Counted from the first letter of the stretch, positions 18,593-28,510 are shown. The stretch is DNA of 64,000 nt from Eubacteriales bacterium (GCA_045636605.1 JAZTXV010000027.1:15065-79064); one strand, 5' to 3'. The notes: generated from the letters alone by a model not told the origin. Made by a program: numbers and translations.

Positions 18593-18621
18593 TTGACATC
18601 GAACCAAAATAGTGCTAAAAT
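18593..18621 (+). promoter_or_regulatory. Sigma-A-type promoter for the LysR-nadK-nfnAB cluster
   Basis: TTGACA-17 nt-TAAAAT with TGC extended -10. Confidence 0.55.
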
Positions 18622-18660
18622 TACATAAAGCAAATACCATATATCCCGAGGTGGGCAAAA

Positions 18661-19593
18661 ATGAACTCTTTACACTTGAAATATGCACTTGAGGTAGCAA
18701 GAACAGGCTCTATATCACAGGCGGCGGCAAATCTTTTTATGGCTCAGCCCAATTTGAGTAAGGCAATAAAGGAGCTTGAGGAATACGTAGGAATAACTAT
18801 ATTTGAGCGTAGCTCAAAGGGAGTCGTTCCGACTGAAAAGGGACATGAGTTTTTAGGCTATGCTCAAAGAGTTTTGGACGACATAGAAAAAATGAAGGGG
18901 TTGCGTGACCTTGAAAGCATGTACCGTACAAACATATCAATCCCGAGAGGAAGCTATATATCAATGGCATTCGCTTCCTTTATCGCATCTCTTGATATGT
19001 CGAAGAAAATAAATATAAACCTAAGAGAAACAAACTCAAAGGAAACAATTTTGAACGTTTCCGAGAACGACTATAACATCGGAATTATCAGATATCAAAA
19101 AATCAATAAAACCTATTTTATGGATTATCTGAACGATAAGGGACTTGATTTTGTACCTCTGTGGGAGTTCAAATGCGTCGTTTTGATGAACAAGGCAAAC
19201 CCGCTTGCCTCAAAGAAAAAAATCACATACGAGGAATTGATTGAAACATCCGTTGAAATAGTTCACGGCGACAACGTAATTCCGTATACAATGAGAACAT
19301 CTGCAGGCCCAAGCGAGAATAACAGCAGAAGAATATACGTTTATGAAAGAGGTAGCCAGTTCGAGCTGCTCGGAACAGTCCCCAACCTATATATGTGGGT
19401 GTCACCGGTTCCTATGCGTACACTTGCCGGCTTTGGACTCGTTTTGAAGGAATGTGACGTTCCCAACAACGAGTTTGAGGACGTAGTTATATTTCGAAAG
19501 GGCTATAAAATGAGCGAGCTGGAAATCGACTTCTTACAGCACGTAAAAACGCAACGAGATATATTAGTCAGCACTTTGGACAAAGGAGAATAA
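18661..19593 (+). CDS. LysR-family transcriptional regulator
   Basis: 310 aa. N-terminal wHTH (LKYALEVARTGSISQAAANLFMAQPNLSKAIKELE) plus a substrate-binding domain. Confidence 0.85.
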   Translation: MNSLHLKYALEVARTGSISQAAANLFMAQPNLSKAIKELEEYVGITIFERSSKGVVPTEKGHEFLGYAQRVLDDIEKMKGLRDLESMYRTNISIPRGSYISMAFASFIASLDMSKKININLRETNSKETILNVSENDYNIGIIRYQKINKTYFMDYLNDKGLDFVPLWEFKCVVLMNKANPLASKKKITYEELIETSVEIVHGDNVIPYTMRTSAGPSENNSRRIYVYERGSQFELLGTVPNLYMWVSPVPMRTLAGFGLVLKECDVPNNEFEDVVIFRKGYKMSELEIDFLQHVKTQRDILVSTLDKGE

Positions 19594-19595
19594 AG

Positions 19596-20429
19596 GTGAA
19601 AAAAGTAATCATAGTACCCAATACCCTAAAGCAGTCCACAATTGAATACGCGCGTGAACTTATAGAAATCCTGACGCAAAGGGAAATCTGCGCTCAAATC
19701 TATAACGACGGTGACGAAATTCCCGAAAATGCTCTTGTAATAGTCTTGGGCGGAGACGGAACAATTCTCAGATGCGCAAAGCGATTTTACGGAAAGGGAA
19801 CAAGACTTTTCGGTATAAATTTCGGTCATCTCGGATATTTGTCCGCAATCAGTCCCGATGAGGCGATTGACGGAATAGAGCGCCTTATCGCAGGCAATTA
19901 TACCACTGAAAGCAGAACGATGCTCGAGGGCGAAATTCTGCGTGACGATAAGAGCGTCGGCTCGTTTATCGGTCTTAATGAGGCGTGTATTTTTCGCTCA
20001 AATCTTCTGCATGCGCTCAAGGCAGAGGTTCTAATAAACGGTAAGCATACCGAAACACTGATAGGCGACGGAGTGCTTATCTCCACGCCGACAGGCTCGA
20101 CTGCATATAATTTGTCCGCAGGCGGCCCCGTGCTTACCCCTACATCAAGAAGTATGGTTATAACCCCCGTGTCAACTACATATTTTCCCCGTGCATCAAT
20201 CGTCATAGACGGTGACGATACGGTTGAAATAATCATAAAATATGAAACAATCGGTGAAAGTGGCGCACCCTGTATCGAAATTGATGGCGAAACGAGATAT
20301 TCGCTCAGAAACGGAGATATAATAAAAATCAAAAGGGCAGAGCATTGCGCCAGCATAGTAAAAATAACGGATAAGAGCTTTTATCAAATACTGAAGGAAA
20401 AGCTATCGAGGGCATCTCTCGACGAGTAA
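19596..20429 (+). CDS. nadK: NAD(+) kinase
   Basis: 277 aa with a GTG start 2 nt after the LysR stop. GGDGT and NEA/TPTGSTAY motifs. Confidence 0.9.
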   Translation: MKKVIIVPNTLKQSTIEYARELIEILTQREICAQIYNDGDEIPENALVIVLGGDGTILRCAKRFYGKGTRLFGINFGHLGYLSAISPDEAIDGIERLIAGNYTTESRTMLEGEILRDDKSVGSFIGLNEACIFRSNLLHALKAEVLINGKHTETLIGDGVLISTPTGSTAYNLSAGGPVLTPTSRSMVITPVSTTYFPRASIVIDGDDTVEIIIKYETIGESGAPCIEIDGETRYSLRNGDIIKIKRAEHCASIVKITDKSFYQILKEKLSRASLDE

Positions 20430-20452
20430 GACAGGAAAAGAGCAAGGAACAA

Positions 20453-21295
20453 ATGTTTAAAATACTTGAAAAGAAGGAACTAAATCCAACCGTCACCAAA
20501 ATGGTAATAGAAGCGCCACGTGTCGCTAAAAAGGCACAGGCAGGACAGTTTATTATCTTGCGTACGGACAGCGAGGGCGAAAGAATCCCTCTTACAATTG
20601 CCGACTATGACAGAGAAAATGGCACTGTCACCATAATATTCCAAATCGTAGGCGCAACAACCGAAAAGCTAAATCACATGTGCGAGGGCGATTACCTTAG
20701 CGATTTTGTAGGGCCTCTTGGCCGTGCAACTCACACTGACGGTCTTAAAAGGGTAGCGGTCGTTGGCGGCGGCGTAGGCTGCGCAATCGCATACCCTGTG
20801 GCTAAAAAGCTGTACGAGCAGGGTGCAGAGGTACACGCAATCGCAGGCTTCAGAAGCAAGGACCTCGTTATTCTCGAGGATGAATTCCGATGTGCATCAA
20901 GCAAGTTTATTTTGATGACCGACGACGGAAGCGCAGGCGAAAGGGGACTTGTAACCGAGGCGCTCAAGGCCCTTATTGAGAGTGGCGAGAGCTATGACGA
21001 GGTAATCACCATAGGCCCGCTTCCAATGATGAAATTCGTATCCCTTCTCACAAGGGAGTACGGAATAAAAACAATAGCATCAATGAACCCGATTATGATA
21101 GACGGAACAGGTATGTGCGGCGGATGTCGCTTGAGCGTGGGCGGAAAAACAGTTTTTGCATGCGTTGACGGCCCTGAGTTTGATGCGCACGAAATTGACT
21201 TTGACGAGGCGATGGAGCGTTCAAATATGTACGCCACCTTTGAGCGCCACGCACACAGCGAGGCGTGTAACCTTTTCAAAAGGGAGGTGGAGTAA
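20453..21295 (+). CDS. nfnA: Sulfide/dihydroorotate-dehydrogenase-like FAD/NAD-binding subunit (NfnA-like, partner of small-chain glutamate synthase)
   Basis: 280 aa. FNR-like fold motifs and a C-terminal GTGMCGGCR [2Fe-2S] motif. Confidence 0.8.
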   Translation: MFKILEKKELNPTVTKMVIEAPRVAKKAQAGQFIILRTDSEGERIPLTIADYDRENGTVTIIFQIVGATTEKLNHMCEGDYLSDFVGPLGRATHTDGLKRVAVVGGGVGCAIAYPVAKKLYEQGAEVHAIAGFRSKDLVILEDEFRCASSKFILMTDDGSAGERGLVTEALKALIESGESYDEVITIGPLPMMKFVSLLTREYGIKTIASMNPIMIDGTGMCGGCRLSVGGKTVFACVDGPEFDAHEIDFDEAMERSNMYATFERHAHSEACNLFKREVE

Positions 21296-21296
21296 T

Positions 21297-22712
21297 ATGC
21301 CGAATATGTCGTTGAAGAAAAACGAAATGCCGACACAGGATGCTACGGTAAGAAGCTCCAATTTTGACGAGGTTGCGCTCGGCTATACCGAGGAAATGGC
21401 AATCGACGAGGCAAAAAGATGCCTGAATTGTAAGAATAAGCCCTGTATTAGCGGTTGCCCTGTAAAGGTTCATATCCCCGACTTTATTGCAAGGGTTGCA
21501 GAGGGCAAATTTGAGGAGGCGTATCAAATAATCGCCATCTCGTCAAGCCTTCCTGCCGTATGCGGACGTGTCTGCCCACAGGAAAGACAGTGCGAGAGCA
21601 AATGCGTAAGAGGACTCAAGGGAGAGAGCGTAGGAATCGGACGCCTTGAGCGCTTTGTAGCAGACTATCATAACTCTCACGCAACCAAATGGCCCGACAA
21701 AATCGTAAATAACGGACACAAGGTGGCAGTTATCGGCTCAGGCCCTGCGGGACTTGCGTGTGCGTCAGACCTTGCAAAAATGGGCTATGATGTAACAATT
21801 TTTGAGGCTCTGCACCTTGCGGGCGGGGTTCTTGTTTACGGAATTCCCGAGTTTAGACTTCCCAAATCCATAGTTCAAATGGAAATTGAGGGATTAAGAG
21901 CTCTCGGCGTAAAAATCGAAACCAATACCGTCATAGGAAGAACGATTTCAATAGACGAGCTTATGAACGAGGATGGCTTTGAGGCTGTGTTTATCGGCAC
22001 GGGCGCAGGCTTGCCCAAGTTTATGGGTATAAAGGGCGAAAACCTCAAGGGAGTGTATTCCGCCAACGAATTTTTGACCAGAATAAATCTTATGAAGGCA
22101 TACAAATCAGGTAGCGCAACACCGATTCAAAATGCAAAAAAGGTTGCCGTTGTCGGAGGCGGAAATGTTGCAATGGATGCCGCAAGATGCGCAAGACGAC
22201 TTGGCGCAGAGGTGTATATCGTGTACCGTCGTGGTATGGATGAGCTTCCCGCAAGAAAAGAGGAAATTGAGCACGCAGAGGAGGAGGGCATCATATTTAA
22301 AACCCTCACCAATCCCGTGGAGATCCTCGGCTATCGCAACGAAAATGACAGACGAGATGTCAAAAACGGCACAGTATGCGGTATGAAATGCATTGAAATG
22401 GAGCTTGGCGAGCCCGATGCAACAGGAAGACGCAAGCCTGTCGAAAAGCCAAATAGCGAGTTTGTGCTTGATGTTGATTGCGTAATTATGGCTCTCGGAA
22501 CGTCACCCAATCCGCTTATAAAGAACACAACGGATAGCCTTGCAACGCAAAGCTGGGGCGGAATTGTCGCAGACGAAAGAGGTCAAACCTCTCGAGAGGG
22601 CGTTTTTGCGGGCGGAGATGCCGTAACGGGCGCCGCCACCGTAATTTTGGCAATGGGCGCAGGCAAAACAGCCGCCGCTGCAATTGACGAATATATCAAA
22701 AGCAAAAGCTAA
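21297..22712 (+). CDS. nfnB: NADPH-dependent glutamate-synthase small-chain-like oxidoreductase (NfnB/GltD type)
   Basis: Start at ATG 21297 (MPNMSLKK), 1 nt after the nfnA stop. Two Cys clusters (CLNCKNKPC, CGRVCPQERQCESKC) and two GxGxxG dinucleotide folds. The ORF-track extension back to 21156 was rejected. Confidence 0.85.
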   Translation: MPNMSLKKNEMPTQDATVRSSNFDEVALGYTEEMAIDEAKRCLNCKNKPCISGCPVKVHIPDFIARVAEGKFEEAYQIIAISSSLPAVCGRVCPQERQCESKCVRGLKGESVGIGRLERFVADYHNSHATKWPDKIVNNGHKVAVIGSGPAGLACASDLAKMGYDVTIFEALHLAGGVLVYGIPEFRLPKSIVQMEIEGLRALGVKIETNTVIGRTISIDELMNEDGFEAVFIGTGAGLPKFMGIKGENLKGVYSANEFLTRINLMKAYKSGSATPIQNAKKVAVVGGGNVAMDAARCARRLGAEVYIVYRRGMDELPARKEEIEHAEEEGIIFKTLTNPVEILGYRNENDRRDVKNGTVCGMKCIEMELGEPDATGRRKPVEKPNSEFVLDVDCVIMALGTSPNPLIKNTTDSLATQSWGGIVADERGQTSREGVFAGGDAVTGAATVILAMGAGKTAAAAIDEYIKSKS

Positions 22713-22716
22713 CCAC

Positions 22717-22748
22717 AAAAGCACGGATTTTTAACATCCGTGCTTTTT
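22717..22748 (+). terminator. Rho-independent terminator after nfnB
   Basis: GCACGGAT-TTTTAAC-ATCCGTGC followed by T5. Confidence 0.8.
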
Positions 22749-22830
22749 GTCGCAAATTTTTTGACCTAAGTGTACACAGATGTGCTATAATAGAATTGTA
22801 GAACATTCACACAATTGAAGGGAGAGCAAT

Positions 22831-23562
22831 ATGAGCGAGCTTGAGCAAATCAAAAAAATAATAAACGAAAGCGATAATATCGTGTTTTTTGGAGGAGCAG
22901 GCGTGTCAACCGCAAGCGGAATTCCCGATTTCCGTGGAAACGGCGGACTCTATAACGAGGAGCAATATGACGATACATCACCCGAGGAAAAGCTGCATAT
23001 AAGCTATCTGTATTCGTGTACAGAGGGCTTTTACAGCTACTACCGAGCCAATATGCTTCACCCGTATGCCGAACCGAACGAGGCGCACTATTTGCTTGCA
23101 AGGCTTGAAGAACAGGGAAGGCTTCGTGCCGTAATTACCCAAAATATAGATGGCTTGCACCAGCTGGCAGGCTCAAAAAGGGTAATTGAGCTTCACGGAA
23201 GTGTAAGTAAGAATTACTGTACAGGCTGCGGCAAAAAATATCCTCTTGACTACATTTTAAACACCACGGGAGTCCCTTATTGCGAGGAATGCGGGGACTT
23301 TGTCCGCCCCGATGTCGTAATGTACGGGGAAGCCCTTGACGCATCAAGCCTTGACGAAGCGGAGAGCCTTATATATGATGCCGACGTGCTGATCGTTGCA
23401 GGAACATCACTTACAGTAAACCCCGCAGCCTCGCTTGTGGAGTCATTTCAGGGCGAGCATCTCATCATAGTAAATAACGAGCCTACACCCTATGACGATA
23501 TGGCAGAATACGTAATAAACGACGATCTTGTCGAGACGCTCAAATACATATTAGAGGACTAA
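22831..23562 (+). CDS. cobB: NAD-dependent protein deacylase (sirtuin, CobB type)
   Basis: 243 aa. GAGVSTASGIPDFRG, QNIDGLH and a Zn ribbon CTGCG...CEEC. Confidence 0.9.
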   Translation: MSELEQIKKIINESDNIVFFGGAGVSTASGIPDFRGNGGLYNEEQYDDTSPEEKLHISYLYSCTEGFYSYYRANMLHPYAEPNEAHYLLARLEEQGRLRAVITQNIDGLHQLAGSKRVIELHGSVSKNYCTGCGKKYPLDYILNTTGVPYCEECGDFVRPDVVMYGEALDASSLDEAESLIYDADVLIVAGTSLTVNPAASLVESFQGEHLIIVNNEPTPYDDMAEYVINDDLVETLKYILED

Positions 23563-23578
23563 TCAAAATCAAGCAACG

Positions 23579-23605
23579 AAAAGCACGGTACCCCCGTGCT
23601 TTTTG
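23579..23605 (+). terminator. Rho-independent terminator after cobB
   Basis: AGCACGG-TACCC-CCGTGCT followed by T4GTG. Confidence 0.7.
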
Positions 23606-23744
23606 TGTTATGTGCCAAGTACTCCAAAATTTACATTTTATTAACAATTTGTATAAGTTGCATAAAAAGTATTTCTCACACATTCCAAAACGCCCCGATG
23701 TCGTTTTCACCTCAGAATAACTTTGTGCAAAATAAACAAAAATA

Positions 23745-23754
23745 GGGGGGGGGG
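23745..23754. repeat. G10 homopolymer tract
   Basis: Ten consecutive G, 19-28 bp upstream of the -35 box of the surface-protein promoter. It is the only long G/C homopolymer I found in the window. Confidence 0.95.
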
Positions 23755-23772
23755 CACGATTTTTTGTGCAAC

Positions 23773-23801
23773 TTGACAAATTGGCTCGCGTGTGGTAGTA
23801 T
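23773..23801 (+). promoter_or_regulatory. Sigma-A-type promoter for the 1276-aa surface protein gene
   Basis: TTGACA-17 nt-TAGTAT with TGG just 5-prime of the -10. Lies about 55 nt upstream of the ATG. Confidence 0.55.
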
Positions 23802-23855
23802 GGAAATGTATTTTATATTATACGCCCGTGGGAGCTTTCCCACAAGGAGAAGATT

Positions 23856-26800
23856 ATGAAAAAGCTTAAAATTTTCTTTGCTCTCCTAATTGCGCTTGCT
23901 TGCATTGTCACTGCTTTCACAATGACAATTTCGGCGCAAGAGAACGAAGAAGCAGGAAAAACGATTACAGTTAGCTACCTGAACTCGAAAAACCCGATGA
24001 GCTCCACAACGACGCTCGATAAGGTTGCTCACGCAGATGGAAAAATAACTGTAAATGCAGGAGAAAAATTCACCCTGCCTACAACCGCCGACAACACCTA
24101 TTTGGGGCAGGACGGCTATGTTCTTGTATGGTACACCGAAAACGGACGCACCTACATGGCAGGCGAGGAGGTATCCTTCACTGAGGACACAAGACTCTAT
24201 CGTTGTGTCGCAAAGGAGGTATCAACCAAGGATGAATTGCAAAGTGCTCTGCAAAACAATTCAACAAGTGCCATTCTTATCGCAGACATAGAGGCGACAG
24301 GCAGAGTTTCTACAAAGGGTGACGGAGAGTCCGTTATCGTTATGAACGGACATAATATCAACTTTACCTTCACAAACAACAATACAAACGAGTCGTTGAT
24401 TGGAACGCAAAGATCCGGAAAGTACATTGTTGGTAAGGGAACTATCACAGCAGATGACACCAAAAACAGTGTTGGTAGATATTCGGTGCTTCAATGCCAA
24501 TCCCATAGCCATAACGGAAACAAGAATATGGCTCTTATTGGTGTTGATGTAACGGTGAATGCACCGGAGTTCCGCTTGTTCTATGACGGAGACGTCGCGC
24601 GTGTATCGGGCTATCCTTGGGTTAAGGTTTACGGAAAGATAAATGTTGCATCCTTGGGATATCTTTCAAACCAGGCATGGAATAGCAAACCTCGCATTCA
24701 CATCTTTGAGGGTGCAGAGGTTACAACCTCGATGAGCAAACTTGTTTTCGATTATTACAATCCTACTCAGCTTGTCAATGCTCAAAAAATGTGCATCACC
24801 ATCACAGGCGGTACCTTTAACCTTCCTGAGGCTGCATCAAATTTGAATTATTGGACTGCGGATTTCTCGACAGAGTATTACGACGATTATATCAAGAAAT
24901 CCTATGGTGTTGAGATGCTTAATTCGAGCAATGCGGACGAAATAGTCATTACAGGCGGCTCGTTTAATGTAAAGCTCCCCGACGGAATTCTTGCAAACGG
25001 CTATGAATGTGTTTATAACACACAAACAGGCCGCTATGATGTGGAATATGTTGCGTGTACTGTCAACGGCTCAAACGGAGTGCATAGCTACACAAGAGCA
25101 GAGGTGTACGAGAATTTTGTTCCCACCTGTGATAAAGGCGGTGCATACTACTTCCGTTGCGACTGTGGAAGCTACTATATGGATACCGTATCCGAGCTTG
25201 GCCACAACTACTCCATAATTAAAATAACAAAGCCAGCAACTGCAACTGAAAACGGTAAAAAGCTTCATCTCTGTGAAAGATGTGATTTCTTTGATGAGAA
25301 CGGAAGCCACCTTGACGATTCGTGCACACACGGCTGCTACTACGAGGATTTTGCCTTTGTCGCAACCGAGGCATTGATAGATGTGATAGTGACCGACTCC
25401 GGTGCTAACAAAACACTCCTTATTCCGTTATCGAAAATTTACAACATCGTTGACGGTGTATTTAACGGTGTGAATTCATTTGCCGATCCAAGTGACCCTT
25501 CGAAGATTTACGCCCCGTCAAGCATAGTTAGGCTTGTAATTCCGGCAGGAATTACAAAAATCTCCAAGGGAGCTATAAAAAACATGTCTGCTCTTGAGGA
25601 AATAGTTCTTCTTGACGGCGCAAATGCAACCTTTGAAACAGAATCAATTGACACATGCGTTAACCTCAAAAAGCTCACACTTGGAGATTGCGATGTTGTG
25701 TTTAGCCAATTTACAGTTAAGTCAAGCGCTAAGGACACGAATGATAGCCCCAGTACAGTGGTAACAACCCCTTCTTGTCCCAACTTTTCGACAATTGATG
25801 CGAAAAACGCAAATGTTACCTTTGGCGCTTATTCGTTTAGATTTAACGGTGCGATGAAGCACATTCTCTTAGGAGAGGGCAACACCTATACATTTGAAAA
25901 ATACTGCTTCCAGAGAACATCTCTTGAGGAAGTGATTTTGCCCGATAATTCAACAGTTAGCCTTGCTATAAAGAGCTTTGCCGAAACAAAAACTCTTAAG
26001 TATGTTTATATCGGTAAAAACTGTCTTACAGAAAGATATAACGGAAAGGTAGCGCTTGGAAGTGATTCCGCTGCATCTATCTTTGGTGGAAGCGCTGTTT
26101 TGTCCAAGGTAGTGCTAATGGATGTAGAATACATTGCAAAATGGACCTTTAGCGTAAAAACAAGTGGCGACTATGCGGCGAAAAACGATATTTACATTTA
26201 TAGCCATTCGGAAAGCCTGGACTTTAATAACGCAAGCGGAAGCAGCTCTATTAATGACAGAAACGCATTCAAGGTGTATATTTACACGAAGAATGTAGTT
26301 AAGAATCCATCTAACTGTAACTATGTAATTTACAAGGGACTTTCCCACCAAATCACACAGACCGTAGAGCAGACACCGCCTACCTGTACGCTTCCGGGCG
26401 CACTTGCGACAGGCTATGTCACCGACTGCCCGTGTGGCGTAGTATTCCCGATTGATTCCGAAACACAACAGCCGATGTCTGTTACATACTGCGAGGTAAC
26501 CTCAAAGGGAACGGGTAGCAGTATAGTAATAGAGCCACCAACAGACTCCGAGGGTAATTCGCTCTCGATTCCTGCAACAGGACACGAGTTTGATCCCGAA
26601 AGGGGCGCAACCGTTGTCGAAACAACCAACTCAACCTGTCTGAATGGCGGAACAATCACCTACAAGTGCGCAAACTGTGACGAAACTCAAACAGTAGCCA
26701 ATGAGGCAGATCCTCAAAAGGCGCATAATGTTGAGGGCGTTGAGTTTGTTGTGGTATTCAAGGAATCCTGCTTGACAGAGGGACTAAAAATCCAAAATTG

Positions 26801-27686
26801 TAAGGACTGTAAGCTCCTTGCCAATAGCGAAATTATTCCCGCAACAGGCCATAACGCAAACGGAAAATGGGAGATAATAGAAGAGGGTACCTGTACAGTT
26901 GGCGAAACAAGAGGACAATACTGTGCAAACGACGGCTGCTCCTATGTAGCGGTGAGCGAAACGGATGCTCCGTCAGGACATACTCCAAGCAATAATTGGA
27001 CCGTTATCGTGGAGCAAACCTGTCTTGAGGGTGGAATTAAATATCAATGCTGTGCAACCTGTAATGCCATCTGCGAGACAATCGAAACAGAGGCCCTCGG
27101 ACACGAGTTTGATATTGAGGACGGCGCAATCGTTTCCTATATTAAATACGAAAACGGCTTTGGTAAAGAAGGCGTAACCAAGACAAAATGCCTGCGCTGT
27201 GACGAAACTCAGGACGGCACCGTAGCTCCTATCTTCTTGGCAAAGGGATATTCCGTAAACGATGAAGGCACCAGCCTTAACGGAGGTTACATTGTCAATA
27301 TTGCCTTGCTTCAGGCATATGTCGCAGTAAACGGAGAGGTTGAGTTCGGTGTGGTAATTGCAAACGCAAACAGCTTCACAGGCAGCTTCTTTAACGGCGG
27401 AGTGGTAAATAGCGAAAAGGCGCTTCAGGTGGCAATTAAGCCGGAGTACACAAACTTTGACTGCTCAATTCATTTCAATACAACGTCAAACAATACTCTT
27501 GAATTTATTATTGCCGCATATGTAATTGACGTAGACGGAAGTGCAAGCTTCATTCAAGCGGAGAATGATTATGCCATTTCGACAACAGTAGCAGAGAATA
27601 GCTTCACAAAGGTAACTCTTGATCTTGTAAAGGCAAATGTCCCACAAGCACCCGTTGCTATCCTTCCTTCAAACGATGAGGAATAA
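23856..27686 (+). CDS. Large secreted/cell-surface protein: signal peptide, Listeria-Bacteroides-type repeat, beta-helix-like region, LRR-like region and Cys-rich ~40-aa modules
   Basis: 1276 aa with AAGGAGA RBS. Signal peptide with ISA-QE cleavage site. GYVLVWYTENGRTYMAGEEV repeat. LRR-like segment at aa ~550-830. Repeated GH...C..G....C..C...GH modules. I see no LPXTG, SLH or choline-binding anchor. Confidence 0.85.
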   Translation: MKKLKIFFALLIALACIVTAFTMTISAQENEEAGKTITVSYLNSKNPMSSTTTLDKVAHADGKITVNAGEKFTLPTTADNTYLGQDGYVLVWYTENGRTYMAGEEVSFTEDTRLYRCVAKEVSTKDELQSALQNNSTSAILIADIEATGRVSTKGDGESVIVMNGHNINFTFTNNNTNESLIGTQRSGKYIVGKGTITADDTKNSVGRYSVLQCQSHSHNGNKNMALIGVDVTVNAPEFRLFYDGDVARVSGYPWVKVYGKINVASLGYLSNQAWNSKPRIHIFEGAEVTTSMSKLVFDYYNPTQLVNAQKMCITITGGTFNLPEAASNLNYWTADFSTEYYDDYIKKSYGVEMLNSSNADEIVITGGSFNVKLPDGILANGYECVYNTQTGRYDVEYVACTVNGSNGVHSYTRAEVYENFVPTCDKGGAYYFRCDCGSYYMDTVSELGHNYSIIKITKPATATENGKKLHLCERCDFFDENGSHLDDSCTHGCYYEDFAFVATEALIDVIVTDSGANKTLLIPLSKIYNIVDGVFNGVNSFADPSDPSKIYAPSSIVRLVIPAGITKISKGAIKNMSALEEIVLLDGANATFETESIDTCVNLKKLTLGDCDVVFSQFTVKSSAKDTNDSPSTVVTTPSCPNFSTIDAKNANVTFGAYSFRFNGAMKHILLGEGNTYTFEKYCFQRTSLEEVILPDNSTVSLAIKSFAETKTLKYVYIGKNCLTERYNGKVALGSDSAASIFGGSAVLSKVVLMDVEYIAKWTFSVKTSGDYAAKNDIYIYSHSESLDFNNASGSSSINDRNAFKVYIYTKNVVKNPSNCNYVIYKGLSHQITQTVEQTPPTCTLPGALATGYVTDCPCGVVFPIDSETQQPMSVTYCEVTSKGTGSSIVIEPPTDSEGNSLSIPATGHEFDPERGATVVETTNSTCLNGGTITYKCANCDETQTVANEADPQKAHNVEGVEFVVVFKESCLTEGLKIQNCKDCKLLANSEIIPATGHNANGKWEIIEEGTCTVGETRGQYCANDGCSYVAVSETDAPSGHTPSNNWTVIVEQTCLEGGIKYQCCATCNAICETIETEALGHEFDIEDGAIVSYIKYENGFGKEGVTKTKCLRCDETQDGTVAPIFLAKGYSVNDEGTSLNGGYIVNIALLQAYVAVNGEVEFGVVIANANSFTGSFFNGGVVNSEKALQVAIKPEYTNFDCSIHFNTTSNNTLEFIIAAYVIDVDGSASFIQAENDYAISTTVAENSFTKVTLDLVKANVPQAPVAILPSNDEE

Positions 27687-27692
27687 TGAAAT

Positions 27693-27724
27693 AAAAATCA
27701 CCGACTCAGAGTCGGTGATTTTTT
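27693..27724. terminator. Bidirectional terminator between the convergent surface-protein and thrH genes
   Basis: AAAAATCACCGACT-CAG-AGTCGGTGATTTTT palindrome with an A-run on one side and a T-run on the other. Confidence 0.8.
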
Positions 27725-27741
27725 GTGTTATGTTAAAGCGA

Positions 27742-28350
27742 TTAAAGAGCTCTTTTAATTGCCTCAAGCAAATCGTCAAATTCGTCAAATGCGGGAAGCT
27801 GTGGATAATCTGCCTTGATTTTATCGGTGCTTCTGAAAAGGAAGCCTGCCTTTGAATTGAGAATCATACCAAGGTCATTATAGCTGTCACCGCTTGCAAT
27901 CGTTTCAAAGCCAACGCTCTGGAGAGCCTTAACGGTTGAAAGCTTTGAATTTTCAATTCTCATTCTGAAGCCTGTAATCTCGCCGTTGTCCGCCACCTCA
28001 AGAGTATTGCAGAAAATGGTAGGCATACCGAGCTTCTTCATAAGAGGAGCTGCGAACTGTGTGAATGTATCGCTTATGATAATAACCTGTGTCATAGAGC
28101 GAAGCTTATCAAGAAATTCCTTAGCGCCCTCGAGTGGCTCAATCGTTGCAATCGTATCTTGAATTTCCTTAAGACCAAGACCGTGCTCCTTCAAAATACC
28201 GATACGGTATTTCATAAGCTTGTCGTAATCGGGTTCATCTCTTGTTGTTCTGCGAAGCTCGGGAATGCCCGTTGCCTCGGCAAACGCAATCCATATCTCA
28301 GGCACCAAAACGCCCTCAAGATCAAGACAAACAATGTTCATGTTACTCAT
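27742..28350 (-). CDS. thrH: Phosphoserine phosphatase / homoserine phosphotransferase ThrH-like HAD protein
   Basis: 202 aa. CLDLEGVLVPEIWIAFAE...TTRDEPDYDKLM is nearly collinear with Pseudomonas ThrH as I recall it. AAGGAG RBS. Confidence 0.8.
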   Translation of the reverse strand: MSNMNIVCLDLEGVLVPEIWIAFAEATGIPELRRTTRDEPDYDKLMKYRIGILKEHGLGLKEIQDTIATIEPLEGAKEFLDKLRSMTQVIIISDTFTQFAAPLMKKLGMPTIFCNTLEVADNGEITGFRMRIENSKLSTVKALQSVGFETIASGDSYNDLGMILNSKAGFLFRSTDKIKADYPQLPAFDEFDDLLEAIKRAL

Positions 28351-28441
28351 AATATGTACTCCTTATGTGTGATAATAATAAGCCGAAAAATTTTAACACC
28401 AACATTTTAACACACAAAATGAACTTTGTCAACTTTTATAT

Positions 28442-28470
28442 TTGACATTTTAAAAAATATGTGTTAAAAT
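28442..28470 (+). promoter_or_regulatory. Sigma-A-type promoter for the protease lipoprotein gene
   Basis: TTGACA-17 nt-TAAAAT with TGT extended -10. Confidence 0.55.
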
Positions 28471-28510
28471 ATAAATATCCGATAACAACTATATACTGAA
28501 TGGAGAAAAT

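Noticed and set aside
22831-23562. A Sir2-domain protein as a possible anti-phage (Thoeris, DSR or SIR2-HerA-like) effector.
   Set aside because: It is a 243-aa canonical sirtuin with an intact GAGxSxxSGIPDFR motif and Zn ribbon. It has its own terminators, no partner gene and no extra domain, which is consistent with the housekeeping CobB deacylase.
27742-28350. thrH sandwiched between two secreted-protein genes, considered as part of a functional unit.
   Set aside because: It is on the opposite strand with its own RBS, a shared bidirectional terminator and a divergent promoter region. Nothing in the sequence links it functionally to its neighbours.
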